From NCBI GenBank assembly GCA_965225945.1, contig CBDDBZ010000036.1:160001-224000 (forward strand): 64,000 bases of DNA. The letters are read 5' to 3'. The notes under the pieces are model-generated. The model saw nothing but the letters and a program-made list of their open reading frames with translations. It searched no databases and had not been told where the DNA came from. Numbering within the stretch: position 1 is the first letter of the stretch; each line of letters begins with the position of its first letter. The translations under genes and the position numbers were made by a program. This DNA is from Alphaproteobacteria bacterium. Its GTDB lineage: Bacteria > Pseudomonadota > Alphaproteobacteria > GCA-2731375. Positions 35,150 through 43,734 of this stretch are shown here, in pieces.

Positions 35150-35917
35150 CTATCGCTGGCTGAACTTGGCGCGAAGTCGCCGCATGCCCTTCAGCCAGCG
35201 GTCGTAGTCGGCGGTCTTGAGGCGGGTGTATTCGAGCACCTGGGGGTGCGGCAGGATCAGGAACGCCTCCCGCGCCATGGTCTCGATCACGCAATCCGCC
35301 AGTTCCCCCGGCTCGACCACGCCGTCGAGGCTGGCGATCTCGGCCTCGGGGCCTTCGAGCATCGCCGTGCGCACCGCTTGCGGGCAGAGCACCGAGACCT
35401 TGATGCCCTGATCGCCGTGGGCGATGGAGAGGTATTCGGCGAAAGCGACGGCGCCATGTTTGGTCGTCGAGTAGGTGGCCGAAAAGACATGGCTCAACAG
35501 GCCCGCGGCCGACGACGTGTTGACCAGATAGCCACCACCGCGCGCGATCATCCCCGGCAGCAGGGCGCGGGCGGCGTAGACATGCGCCATCACGTGGATG
35601 TCCCAGTTGCGGGCCCACTCGGCATCGGCCGTGTCGGCATCTCCGAGGCTGAGGATACCGGCGTTCGAGCAGAAGACGTCGATGGGGCCGAGCGCGGCCT
35701 CGGCGCGGGCGACCAGGTTGGCGATGTCGGCCTCGCGGGCCACGTCGGTCGGGACCGCGAGGGCGCCCAGCTCCGCCGCCAGCTCAGCTAGCGGCCCCTC
35801 CGCCACGTCGGCGAGTGCCAGCCCCTTGGCGCCTTCCGCCTTGAACTTTCGCGCCAGCGCCTGGCCGATCCCGCCCGCGGCACCCGTCACCACCACCACC
35901 TTGCCGTCGACTTTCAT
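35150..35917 (-). CDS. Short-chain dehydrogenase/reductase
   Basis: TGAAGGIG, NAG and YSTTK motifs. Confidence 0.92.
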   Translation of the reverse strand: MKVDGKVVVVTGAAGGIGQALARKFKAEGAKGLALADVAEGPLAELAAELGALAVPTDVAREADIANLVARAEAALGPIDVFCSNAGILSLGDADTADAEWARNWDIHVMAHVYAARALLPGMIARGGGYLVNTSSAAGLLSHVFSATYSTTKHGAVAFAEYLSIAHGDQGIKVSVLCPQAVRTAMLEGPEAEIASLDGVVEPGELADCVIETMAREAFLILPHPQVLEYTRLKTADYDRWLKGMRRLRAKFSQR

Positions 35918-36077
35918 CCGGCGCCTCCCTCCGACAGGCCCGCCAATCTAAGCTACTTTCCGGCCCGAGCGAACTCCTCGCCGTAGCGTCCCTCGAAACG
36001 TGCCGCCGATGGTCATCGTGGGGCGCCCTAACCTCGCGAGCCCGGCGAGAGCTAGTATGGTGATAATGCCTTATGGT

Positions 36078-36398
36078 TCAACGCGATCCGAGTTCGTATT
36101 CATAGCTGATCAACCTCTTTCTAGCGCTTTCAATCTCTTCGACTGTAAACAACTCATGCCATTGCGTTTCATCCACGATCATTACCTCGACGGTGAGGTC
36201 TAGCCGGCCTCTAAGGTAAAGCTGCGTATATCCATCGGATGGATTGGCCGTGTTAATAAGGAATTTCGCCGTTCCCAACCCGCCACGTTCATGCAACATC
36301 TTTAGAAATACCGTGGCATTGTATTCAGCTTCGGCCTTGGCCCGTCGGTAAATGTCTAGCATTGCCACGTCGAATTTTTGTTTCAAGGTCACCGTCAT
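36078..36398 (-). CDS. Hypothetical protein of the AT-rich islet
   Basis: 106-aa helical ORF (YNAT.F..M...GG..TAK, SDGYT.L...GRLDLTVE...W.ELF..EEI..ARKRL). This pattern is recalled from nuclease-associated proteins and is unverified. Confidence 0.7.
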   Translation of the reverse strand: MTVTLKQKFDVAMLDIYRRAKAEAEYNATVFLKMLHERGGLGTAKFLINTANPSDGYTQLYLRGRLDLTVEVMIVDETQWHELFTVEEIESARKRLISYEYELGSR

Positions 36399-36462
36399 CG
36401 TTAGTCACCCTCTAGAGATGTGGAAATTGTCATCGCCATAGAAGTTGCCAATGCAATACAAG

Positions 36463-37211
36463 CTATTCACTAGCGTAGTAGGCGAACGTATCAAGCGGAG
36501 CTGCTCGAATATGCCAAATGCCTTTCTCTTCAGTGTCCTCTGGTAGCGGAGCCATATGCCAGTTCTGATTTGCCACCCAATCAATCAGTGCCCTGTAACT
36601 ATGTTCTTTCCCGGTCAACGTTTCTCCCGTAACTTCACGTAACCAAGGTCTGGATTTTCCGTTAATGACTACATATATATCTGGACGTGCAATGTCATCA
36701 GGCGTGAAGCTAACCGCTTTCCAATCCCGCCCAATCTACAAAAATCACGAAATATCACTCCGGCGTTCGTCGCAACCTCGAAATCACTGGCACTCCTCAC
36801 CTGCTTCAGAATTTGAAGCACTGTATTTCGATCGCCAGCGCGGTTGCTATCTCGCAAGAAGCTATTGGTTGCTAAAACTCGACGCCCAATACTGCCCAAG
36901 AGGGCGTCGCCATGCATAATATCGTGGATAGGCGCTATAAGATTTTGTTGGTCTCCATCCAAATCACTCCAATCAGCAGCATCAAATAAATACTGCGCCC
37001 GCGCGATTGTGTCTCTCCAACTTGGTCTATCGCCAAATACGCTCAGCTTGTTCGAAAACTTGCGTTTTTGCTTCCAAAGATCATCCTGTGCCTGTAGCAA
37101 CGCCAAATACTTTGCCCAGTTTGGTCCATTCTCCTTTCGGAAAACATCAAGCACTCCCCTAATATAGGGGGTCCGATTCAGTTTCGCGACCATAGCTCTT
37201 CCTATTCTCAT
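36463..37211 (-). pseudogene. Frameshifted gene resembling the C-terminal part of PLD-type restriction-like proteins
   Basis: ORF 36669-37211 ends ..LASRLMTL. Other frames continue ARPDIYVVINGKS..Y..LIDW....W..P.P.D and IWHIRAAPLDTF..*, implying two frameshifts. Confidence 0.55.
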
Positions 37212-37963
37212 CAGTGGTTCAGTATAACGGCATCGCCGTTCTTCGCAACGATCAACGCCGAGCTTTCCAATAGTCTCCGCTCAGTCTGGCTACTTAGGTT
37301 AACTGACATTTTTTCTTCATTTATCGTTAGTGCTGCCTCTGCGCCAATCGTCCACAAGGTTACCAATGACTTCGACTTCAAAGTCTCTGTTAGAGATTCG
37401 TTGAGACGTATATTAGTTTTTTGGCTGGAGCCTGGAGTTCTGTAATGTTGCATTCTGCGCCTTAGGTTCTCGGCTTCGCCAATGTAAACTCGTATCTCGC
37501 TCCCGGTATCGACTTCAAACATATAGACGCCCGGTCCGGCCCCGAGTGGCGGGAAAACCAAACGTTGCTTCCAATCAAGGTTAATCGAACCGGCAAGCTT
37601 CCAATCGAACTTAGCGGTTATGGTGTAGGCTCTTTGGGCATCAGCATTTGTGCCCGCAAGGGTGTGGGCCTCTTCAACATCAGCATCGCGGGGGTTGCTC
37701 AGGTGGCCATCCACCACGTCAATCGGTATAAAGGTAAGGCGCTCTTCTCTCAGCTTCACTTCGCTAGTCCGCCAGCCGGCGTCAAGCCACGAATGGCTCT
37801 GGACGTGCGATGACGTGCTTTCGTTTGCCCACCATGCCGGATAGCGCCTAGCACTTGCCGGCAAGGGGAAACCCAAAACATCTTCAATGTCCTCGAATGT
37901 TACTTTCCATTCTTGGAGTGGCCGGCTGGCCAGATAATCCCGTAATGGCGCGTATTTACTCAT
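37211..37963 (-). CDS. DUF7662-like N-terminal domain fused to a GIY-YIG-like nuclease
   Basis: MSKY.PL..YL..TF.DIE.VLG.LP.SA....WWAN...W..AGW N-terminus, then GVY...YIGE..NL.RR..HY. Confidence 0.75.
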   Translation of the reverse strand: MSKYAPLRDYLASRPLQEWKVTFEDIEDVLGFPLPASARRYPAWWANESTSSHVQSHSWLDAGWRTSEVKLREERLTFIPIDVVDGHLSNPRDADVEEAHTLAGTNADAQRAYTITAKFDWKLAGSINLDWKQRLVFPPLGAGPGVYMFEVDTGSEIRVYIGEAENLRRRMQHYRTPGSSQKTNIRLNESLTETLKSKSLVTLWTIGAEAALTINEEKMSVNLSSQTERRLLESSALIVAKNGDAVILNH

Positions 37964-38020
37964 AATCCTTCCCGATTTGATTGGTCAAATTGCCTCGGAG
38001 TGACCTGTCCGTCACATTTT

Positions 38021-38251
38021 CTACCGAATACAACTCCCACAGAACGTCACATTCTCGATACGGATGGCGCGGCGCGCAGCAACCAAGGCGCCGTTCGGCT
38101 CTTCATGCTCGCCCAGCATACGCCAACGGCCATACTTTGGGTTGGTGCCGCCCTTCTGGCCTCGCCCGCCATTGCAGTGCGGACAACTCTCGCGATGCAC
38201 CTTCACTTTGTGTCCGTCTGCCTGCCAGTTTTCATATGCGTAATATTGCAT
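38021..38251 (-). CDS. Small putative zinc-binding protein
   Basis: 76 aa with HxxxCxxC and a C-terminal CxxC; AGAGGA ribosome-binding site upstream. Confidence 0.7.
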   Translation of the reverse strand: MQYYAYENWQADGHKVKVHRESCPHCNGGRGQKGGTNPKYGRWRMLGEHEEPNGALVAARRAIRIENVTFCGSCIR

Positions 38252-38286
38252 TGGGGTTCCTCTTTGTGTCCCGTCGAAGGAGCACC

Positions 38287-38335
38287 CCAATACCACACGA
38301 TAGTATATTTGTCAATAAAAAAGGTTAACCTTTTT
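38287..38335 (-). promoter_or_regulatory. Putative promoter and operator for the AT-rich islet
   Basis: Minus-strand TTGACA-N17-TATTGG (38315-38287), abutting the perfect palindrome AAAAAGGTTAACCTTTTT (38318-38335). Confidence 0.5.
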
Positions 38336-38499
38336 ATAGAAAGTACATGCCGCCCCGATTCACGGATCGGGGAGACCGACCAACGCTGACATGATGCCGC
38401 CGGTGAGAAATATATCCATCGTGGGAGCCTTGCTCGCTAGGGAAGGTTGTTTTGGCGCCCTTACCCGTTGTGCGCGAACAGGACTCCCTATCGATTCCG

Positions 38500-38528
38500 G
38501 CGAGGAAGACGACGGGTCGTTCCTTCAC
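38500..38528 (-). pseudogene. Possible 5' stub of a ParE/RelE toxin
   Basis: GTG overlaps the antitoxin stop (GTGA). MKERPVVF resembles a RelE/ParE start, after which similarity is lost. Confidence 0.4.
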
Positions 38529-38823
38529 CCACTCCCCTTCCGGCTGGCGGCATTATGGGCGCGAATCTCGGAGAGGATGGATTCGGCGTCGACTCCTCGC
38601 GAGGGATCGGATTTCATGGCATCGTAAACTGGGACGACTTCTGCGCGTACCGCTTCGCCGCCCTTCGCCATGTTTCCACGGCCGCATCGCGTTGCCGCAA
38701 CGCCCGCAGGCCTTCTCGGACGACTTCTCTCGCCGAGGCGTAGTTGCCGGACTTCACCATCTCGTCGAGATAGGCCGCCTGTTCCGCAGGTAGGCTGATT
38801 GTACGTTTTTCAACGTTCGGCAT
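38525..38823 (-). pseudogene. ParD-like ribbon-helix-helix antitoxin, frameshifted by a short insertion
   Basis: RTISLP..SGNYASAREVVREGLRAL..RDAAVETW, then the expected RAEVVPVYDAMKSDPSR..* continues in another frame. Confidence 0.8.
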
Positions 38824-38868
38824 GATAAATCTCCTTGGGATCGATCATGCCCAAATGTATGAATAATT

Positions 38869-39638
38869 CTTGCCTATCCGGTTATCACCCACACCCACTA
38901 TATGTAGTGTGTCTCCTTGGACTGCAGGCAAGGGCCGGCGCAGGCGCATTGAGGAGGCGATCCGGCTAATTCTTGATTGTTCTGAAAACCGAACCGGAGT
39001 TTAATTCACGTCACGTACTTAACATCGGGGGACGGAACGGTGGCGACCAAGGGAAAAACGAAGAAACCCACGGCCAGACGGGAAGCTGCTGATGAAACGA
39101 CATCGTCTGAGCGATTGACGGCACTAGTCGAAGAAAGCGACGCGCTGGCACGAATCGTTGCGAAGAACCCGTCCGCGCCTGTTAGTCTCCTGCGCGTTTT
39201 GAGTCGCAGCGAAGACGAAGCGACACGCAAGAACGTGATCCTCAATCCGTAATATTGCATTGGGGTTACTTCATATGACGTATTGAGCGAACTTGAAAAC
39301 CAGTTCACAGAGCTATTTGTGAATAATCCGGCACTCGAATCCTACAATTCAATGAAGCTCTGATTTCCTGGAATATTCCATCGGTGTCGTTCACCTCCGA
39401 TTTCAGATAAATTTCAATGAAGTGACGGTCCTTTATGCAACGTGGCGTTTTGCCAAATCCGACTCAATGATTAGGATTTCCACCACGCTAAAGTGTCGCC
39501 TAAAAGGCGCTACAATGCCGTCCGAGTCCCTGCTCGGCATCGCCGGAGATATCTCCGCTTCGACCTGCACCGAGCTTTACTCAGGAAAATGGGTGCACAC
39601 TACATATAGTGGGTGTGGGTGATAACCGGATAGGCAAG
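38869..39638. mobile_element. Non-autonomous IS1595-family (ISSod11-like) cassette, 770 bp
   Basis: Perfect 43-bp terminal inverted repeats starting CTTGCCTATCCGG, 8-bp target duplication GAATAATT (38861-38868 and 39639-39646), no transposase. Confidence 0.88.
39040..39363 (+). pseudogene. Passenger remnant with LRV/HEAT-like repeats
   Basis: VAKNPSAPVSLLRVLS.SED..TRKNVILNP*, then in frame TSYDVLSEL..QF.ELFVNNPAL. Confidence 0.6.
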
Positions 39639-39746
39639 GAATAATTCATACCGGCCTGATGAGGTCTTTCTCCCCTTCGGAGACCGGCACAGCCGCGCTC
39701 GATTCGCGCCGTCTAATCGGCGGTGCCGCCCGCCTCGCCGCCCGCC

Positions 39747-42065
39747 TCAGGCGCACTTGGAATAGCCGCAGCTCATGCAGAGGTCGCAGTTCTCCTGCAC
39801 CACCATGGCGGGCTCGCCACAGCGCGGGCAGCCCTTGCGGCGGGCACGGGCTTCGCCCACGGGCAGGGCCACGACCCTGCTTGCCTCGAACGGCGCCTCC
39901 GCCTTGCGATCCGGTAGGAATCCGATCGCCACCATGTGGGTCTCGATGACCTCGCCGATCGCGGCGAGCAGGGAGGGCACGTAGCGGCCCCCCATCCAGT
40001 GCCCGCCCCGGGGATCGAACACCGCCTTCAGCTCCTCGACGACGAACGAGACGTCGCCGCCCCGGCGGAAGACGGCGGAGATCATCCGCGTCAGCGCGAC
40101 CGTCCAGGCGTAGTGCTCCATGTTCTTGGAGTTGATGAAGATCTCGAAGGGGCGGCGGCGGCCATCCTGCACGATGTCGTTGATGGTGATGTAGATCGCG
40201 TGGTCGCTCTCCGGCCAGGCGATCTTGTAGGTGTTGCCGGGTAACGCCTCGGGCCGGTCGAGCGGGCGGGTCATGTAGACGACGCCGCCCGCGTCGTAAG
40301 CGTCGAGGGGCCGGGGCGCCGGCGGCGCCAACGGCAGCTCCGCTTGCACCGCGGCCGCGTCGTCGTCGTCGGCGCGCGTCTCCAGCACCGCGCCGGTCAC
40401 GTCGTTCGGCCGGTAGGTGGTGCAGCCCTTGCATCCGCCGTCATAGGCCAGCCGATAGATCTCGCGGAAATCCTCGAAGGAAATGTCGGCCGGACAGTTG
40501 ATGGTCTTGGAGATAGAGGTGTCGACGTAGTTCTGCGCCGCCGCTTGCATCGCGACGTGATCGGCCGGCGCCAGCCGTTGCGCGTCGACGAAATAGTCCG
40601 GCAGCGCCGCCGTCTCGCCGAAGCGCGCGCGCCAGGTCCGGAAGGCGTAATCGCTCACCTGCTCCTCCCGGCGCTCGCCGTTCGGCTGCAGGACGTGGCG
40701 GCTGTAAGTGAAGCTGAAGACCGGCTCGATACCGCTGGAGACGTTGTCGGCCAGGAGCGAGATCGTGCCGGTGGGCGCGATGGAGGTGAGGGTGGCGTTA
40801 CGAATGCCGTGGCGTCGGATCGCCGCCCGCGTCTCCTCGTCCAACGCCTGGAGGTTGGGCGAGGCGAGGAACGGCGCGGCCTCGAAGGCGGGGAAGGGGC
40901 CCTTCTCCGCCGCCAGCGCCGCGCTCGCCCGATAGGCGGCACGTCGGATCCGGTCGAGCCAGGCCTCGGTCAATTCAATCGCGCGGGCCGAGCCGTAGCG
41001 CGCCCGACAGAAGATCAGGGCGTCGGCCAAGCCGGTGACGCCAAGGCCGATGCGGCGCGTCGCCCGCGCCTCCGCCTGTTGTGCGGCCAAGGGAAAAGCC
41101 GAAACGTCGATCACGTCGTCCATCATCCGGACCGCCGTGGCGACCAGGTTTTCCAACCCGTCCTCCGGGATCGCCGCCTCCGCCTCGAAGGGCGTTTCCA
41201 CCAGGCGCGCCAGGTTGATCGAGGCAAGCAGGCAAGCGCCATAGGGTGGCAACGGTTGCTCGCCACAAGGATTGGTCGCCCGGATGGTCTCGGCGTAGGC
41301 GAGGTTGTTCCGCGCGTTGACGCGGTCGATGAAGATCACGCCCGGCTCGGCATAGGCGTATGTGGCCCGCATGATTCGGTCCCAGAGGTCCCGGGCGCTG
41401 ACGGTATTATAGGCGACGCCGCCGAAATGAAGCTCGAGGCCGTCGTCGATCGCCACCGCATCCATGAAGGCATCGCTCACCAGGACCGAGAGGTTGAACA
41501 TCCGCAGCCGGCCCGCGTCCTGCTTCGCCTCGATGAAGGCTTCGATATCGGGATGGTCGCAGCGCATCGTCCCCATCATCGCGCCCCGGCGGTGGCCGGC
41601 GCTCATGATGGTGCGGCACATGGCATCCCACACGTCCATGAAGGTCAGCGGCCCCGAGGCGTCGGCGCCGACACCGAGCACCACCGCGCCCTTGGGCCGC
41701 AGCGTCGAGAAGTCGTAGCCGATGCCGCCACCCTGCTGCATCGTCAACGCCGCTTCCTTCAGGTGCTCGAAGATGCCGGACATGTCGTCCGGGATTTCGC
41801 CCATGACGAAGCAGTTGAACAGCGTGACCCGCCGCGCCGTGCCGGCGCCGGCGAGGATGCGACCCGCCGGCAGCAGCTTGAAGTCCTCCATCGCCTCGAC
41901 GAAGCGGGGCTCCCACTGTTCCGGCGCCGCCTCCACGGCGGCGAGCGCGGCCGCGACCCGGCGCCAACTGTCTTCGATCGTGTTGTCGATCGGGGTGCCG
42001 TCCGCCCCCTTGAAGCGGTACTTCATGTCCCAGATCTGCTGCGCGATCGGCGTGACGGTGGGCAT
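39747..42065 (-). CDS. nrdJ: Adenosylcobalamin-dependent (class II) ribonucleotide reductase
   Basis: TLFNCFV, GGGIG.DFS.LRP, TNPCGEQ, IAPTGTIS, ISKTIN, KG.T.YR; C-terminal domain and zinc ribbon ending GYSKC. Confidence 0.95.
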   Translation of the reverse strand: MPTVTPIAQQIWDMKYRFKGADGTPIDNTIEDSWRRVAAALAAVEAAPEQWEPRFVEAMEDFKLLPAGRILAGAGTARRVTLFNCFVMGEIPDDMSGIFEHLKEAALTMQQGGGIGYDFSTLRPKGAVVLGVGADASGPLTFMDVWDAMCRTIMSAGHRRGAMMGTMRCDHPDIEAFIEAKQDAGRLRMFNLSVLVSDAFMDAVAIDDGLELHFGGVAYNTVSARDLWDRIMRATYAYAEPGVIFIDRVNARNNLAYAETIRATNPCGEQPLPPYGACLLASINLARLVETPFEAEAAIPEDGLENLVATAVRMMDDVIDVSAFPLAAQQAEARATRRIGLGVTGLADALIFCRARYGSARAIELTEAWLDRIRRAAYRASAALAAEKGPFPAFEAAPFLASPNLQALDEETRAAIRRHGIRNATLTSIAPTGTISLLADNVSSGIEPVFSFTYSRHVLQPNGERREEQVSDYAFRTWRARFGETAALPDYFVDAQRLAPADHVAMQAAAQNYVDTSISKTINCPADISFEDFREIYRLAYDGGCKGCTTYRPNDVTGAVLETRADDDDAAAVQAELPLAPPAPRPLDAYDAGGVVYMTRPLDRPEALPGNTYKIAWPESDHAIYITINDIVQDGRRRPFEIFINSKNMEHYAWTVALTRMISAVFRRGGDVSFVVEELKAVFDPRGGHWMGGRYVPSLLAAIGEVIETHMVAIGFLPDRKAEAPFEASRVVALPVGEARARRKGCPRCGEPAMVVQENCDLCMSCGYSKCA

Positions 42066-42180
42066 GAGCCGAAGGCTCCGAATTGGGGCGCGATTGTCCA
42101 GGCTGGCAAGCCAGGATTGAGGCAAATCCCGTCGACCGACCAGACCGATGATTTTATGCCATGGGCGCCCTCGGGTCAAT

Positions 42181-42195
42181 GTTCATGTTTCGTTC
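42181..42195. promoter_or_regulatory. LexA box upstream of nrdJ
   Basis: GTTC-atgtttc-GTTC, an exact GTTC-N7-GTTC about 115 bp upstream of the nrdJ start. Confidence 0.6.
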
Positions 42196-42254
42196 CAACA
42201 TCCAACGACAACGTGGATACAGAATAAATCGTTGAAATTATGCCGGTATTTATT

Positions 42255-42376
42255 TTATCCACAAAATTCACATCCTCTCGACGCGGAGGTTTGGCTTCGG
42301 TGGGGCGGGCATCGGGGAGTTATCCCCAATTTTATCCCCACGGTTATCCCCAAGGTTATCCCCCGAGTTGTCCACG
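42255..42376. promoter_or_regulatory. DnaA-box cluster
   Basis: TTATCCACA at 42255; TTATCCCCA at 42320, 42332 and 42344; TTATCCCCC at 42356; TTGTCCACG at 42368. Confidence 0.72.
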
Positions 42377-43093
42377 TCCCTCGGCGACCAGGCGCACCGT
42401 CGCGGTCTCGATTGCGTCCTCGAGCGCCGCCATGAAGGCGCGCCGGTCGAGGCCGGGCGCGATCGGCGCCAGATACTCGAGCACGATTCGGCCCGGGTAA
42501 CGGAAGAAGCTGCGCCGGGGCCAGTAGAGGCCGGAGTTGAGCGCCACGGGCACCACCGCCACGTCCAGGCCACGATAGAGCGCGGCGATCCCCGGTTGGT
42601 AGGGGACGATGTCGGTGCCGAGGTCGGGCGCCGCGCGCGTGCCCTGGGGAAATATGATGATCGGCCGGCCTTCCCGGATGGCGGCGCGGCCCGCCTCGAT
42701 CATGGCGCGAAGCGCCGTGGGGCCGCCCTGGCGATCGACCGGGATCATCCGTGATTTGCGGCAATAGGCGCCGTAGATCGGGATCGCCAGCAGCTCCCGC
42801 TTCATCACCACCGCCGGGTCGTCGACGATCAGATGCCAGATCAGCGTGTCCCAGGCCGACTGGTGCTTGGCGGCGATCAGATGGCCGCCCGGCGGCCGCC
42901 GCTCGGCCCCTCGGATGTCGATTTCGATGCCCGCGAGCACACGCATCAGCCAGACCACGTGACCCGCCCAGCGGCGCTGCCCCGATACCGTGACCCGATG
43001 CGACATCCAGAGCCCCGGCACGTAGGCCAGCACCATGATCGTGGTCCAGAGATAAAACGCGAGGTTGAAGCCGATCGAGCGGAGCAGGATCAT
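42356..43093 (-). CDS. plsC: 1-acyl-sn-glycerol-3-phosphate acyltransferase family protein
   Basis: KHQSAWD, K.EL, VDR, IFPQGTR and PVALNSG motifs. Confidence 0.88.
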   Translation of the reverse strand: MILLRSIGFNLAFYLWTTIMVLAYVPGLWMSHRVTVSGQRRWAGHVVWLMRVLAGIEIDIRGAERRPPGGHLIAAKHQSAWDTLIWHLIVDDPAVVMKRELLAIPIYGAYCRKSRMIPVDRQGGPTALRAMIEAGRAAIREGRPIIIFPQGTRAAPDLGTDIVPYQPGIAALYRGLDVAVVPVALNSGLYWPRRSFFRYPGRIVLEYLAPIAPGLDRRAFMAALEDAIETATVRLVAEGRGQLGG

Positions 43094-43734
43094 CCGCCAC
43101 GCGACCCCGCTCCCGCCTCCGTCGCTTCCGCGTCGGCGAGCCTGACCGTCAACAGGCCCAGGATGTATTTGTTGAACTCTTTCGCGAGCAGCCGCGCCGT
43201 CCCCGGGTAGCGCCACCATTCCTCCAGGTGGACGGCGGCCGGAAACACCGGGTGCGCCAGCACGTCGACTTCCGGCATGCGGTTCTCGAAGAACAGCAGG
43301 CTTCGCGGCATATGATAGCTCGTCGTGACCAGACGCAGGCTTTGGTAGCCGGCCTCCCGCATCCAGATCGCCGTCTCGATGGCGTTGCCCTGGGTGTCCA
43401 CCGCCTCATAGCCCAGCGAGACGCAGCAGGCGAATGTCTCGGCGGCGGCCGAGCTGCGGCGCCGCAACTCGGCCAGGCCGACGCCCCGATCGACGCCCGA
43501 GATCAGCACCCGCTCGGCCCGGCCCGCCTCCAACAGGCGGAGCCCCTCGTCGATGCGCTCGGCGCCGCCGGTGAGCACGACGACGGCGTCGGTGTCGCGC
43601 CCGTCGTTCGGGACCTGCGTCGGCAGCGACGAGACGAACTGCAGAAATCCGCCGCACCAAAGTGCGAGCAGCGCCGCCAGGGCGATCCCGAGCCGCCACC
43701 AGGAGGACGATTTCGATCCACCGCCACGGGCCAT
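43090..43734 (-). CDS. YdcF/ElyC (DUF218) family protein
   Basis: VVLTGG..RI, ISG, T..NA.ET and VT..YHMPRS motifs. Confidence 0.9.
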   Translation of the reverse strand: MARGGGSKSSSWWRLGIALAALLALWCGGFLQFVSSLPTQVPNDGRDTDAVVVLTGGAERIDEGLRLLEAGRAERVLISGVDRGVGLAELRRRSSAAAETFACCVSLGYEAVDTQGNAIETAIWMREAGYQSLRLVTTSYHMPRSLLFFENRMPEVDVLAHPVFPAAVHLEEWWRYPGTARLLAKEFNKYILGLLTVRLADAEATEAGAGSRGG

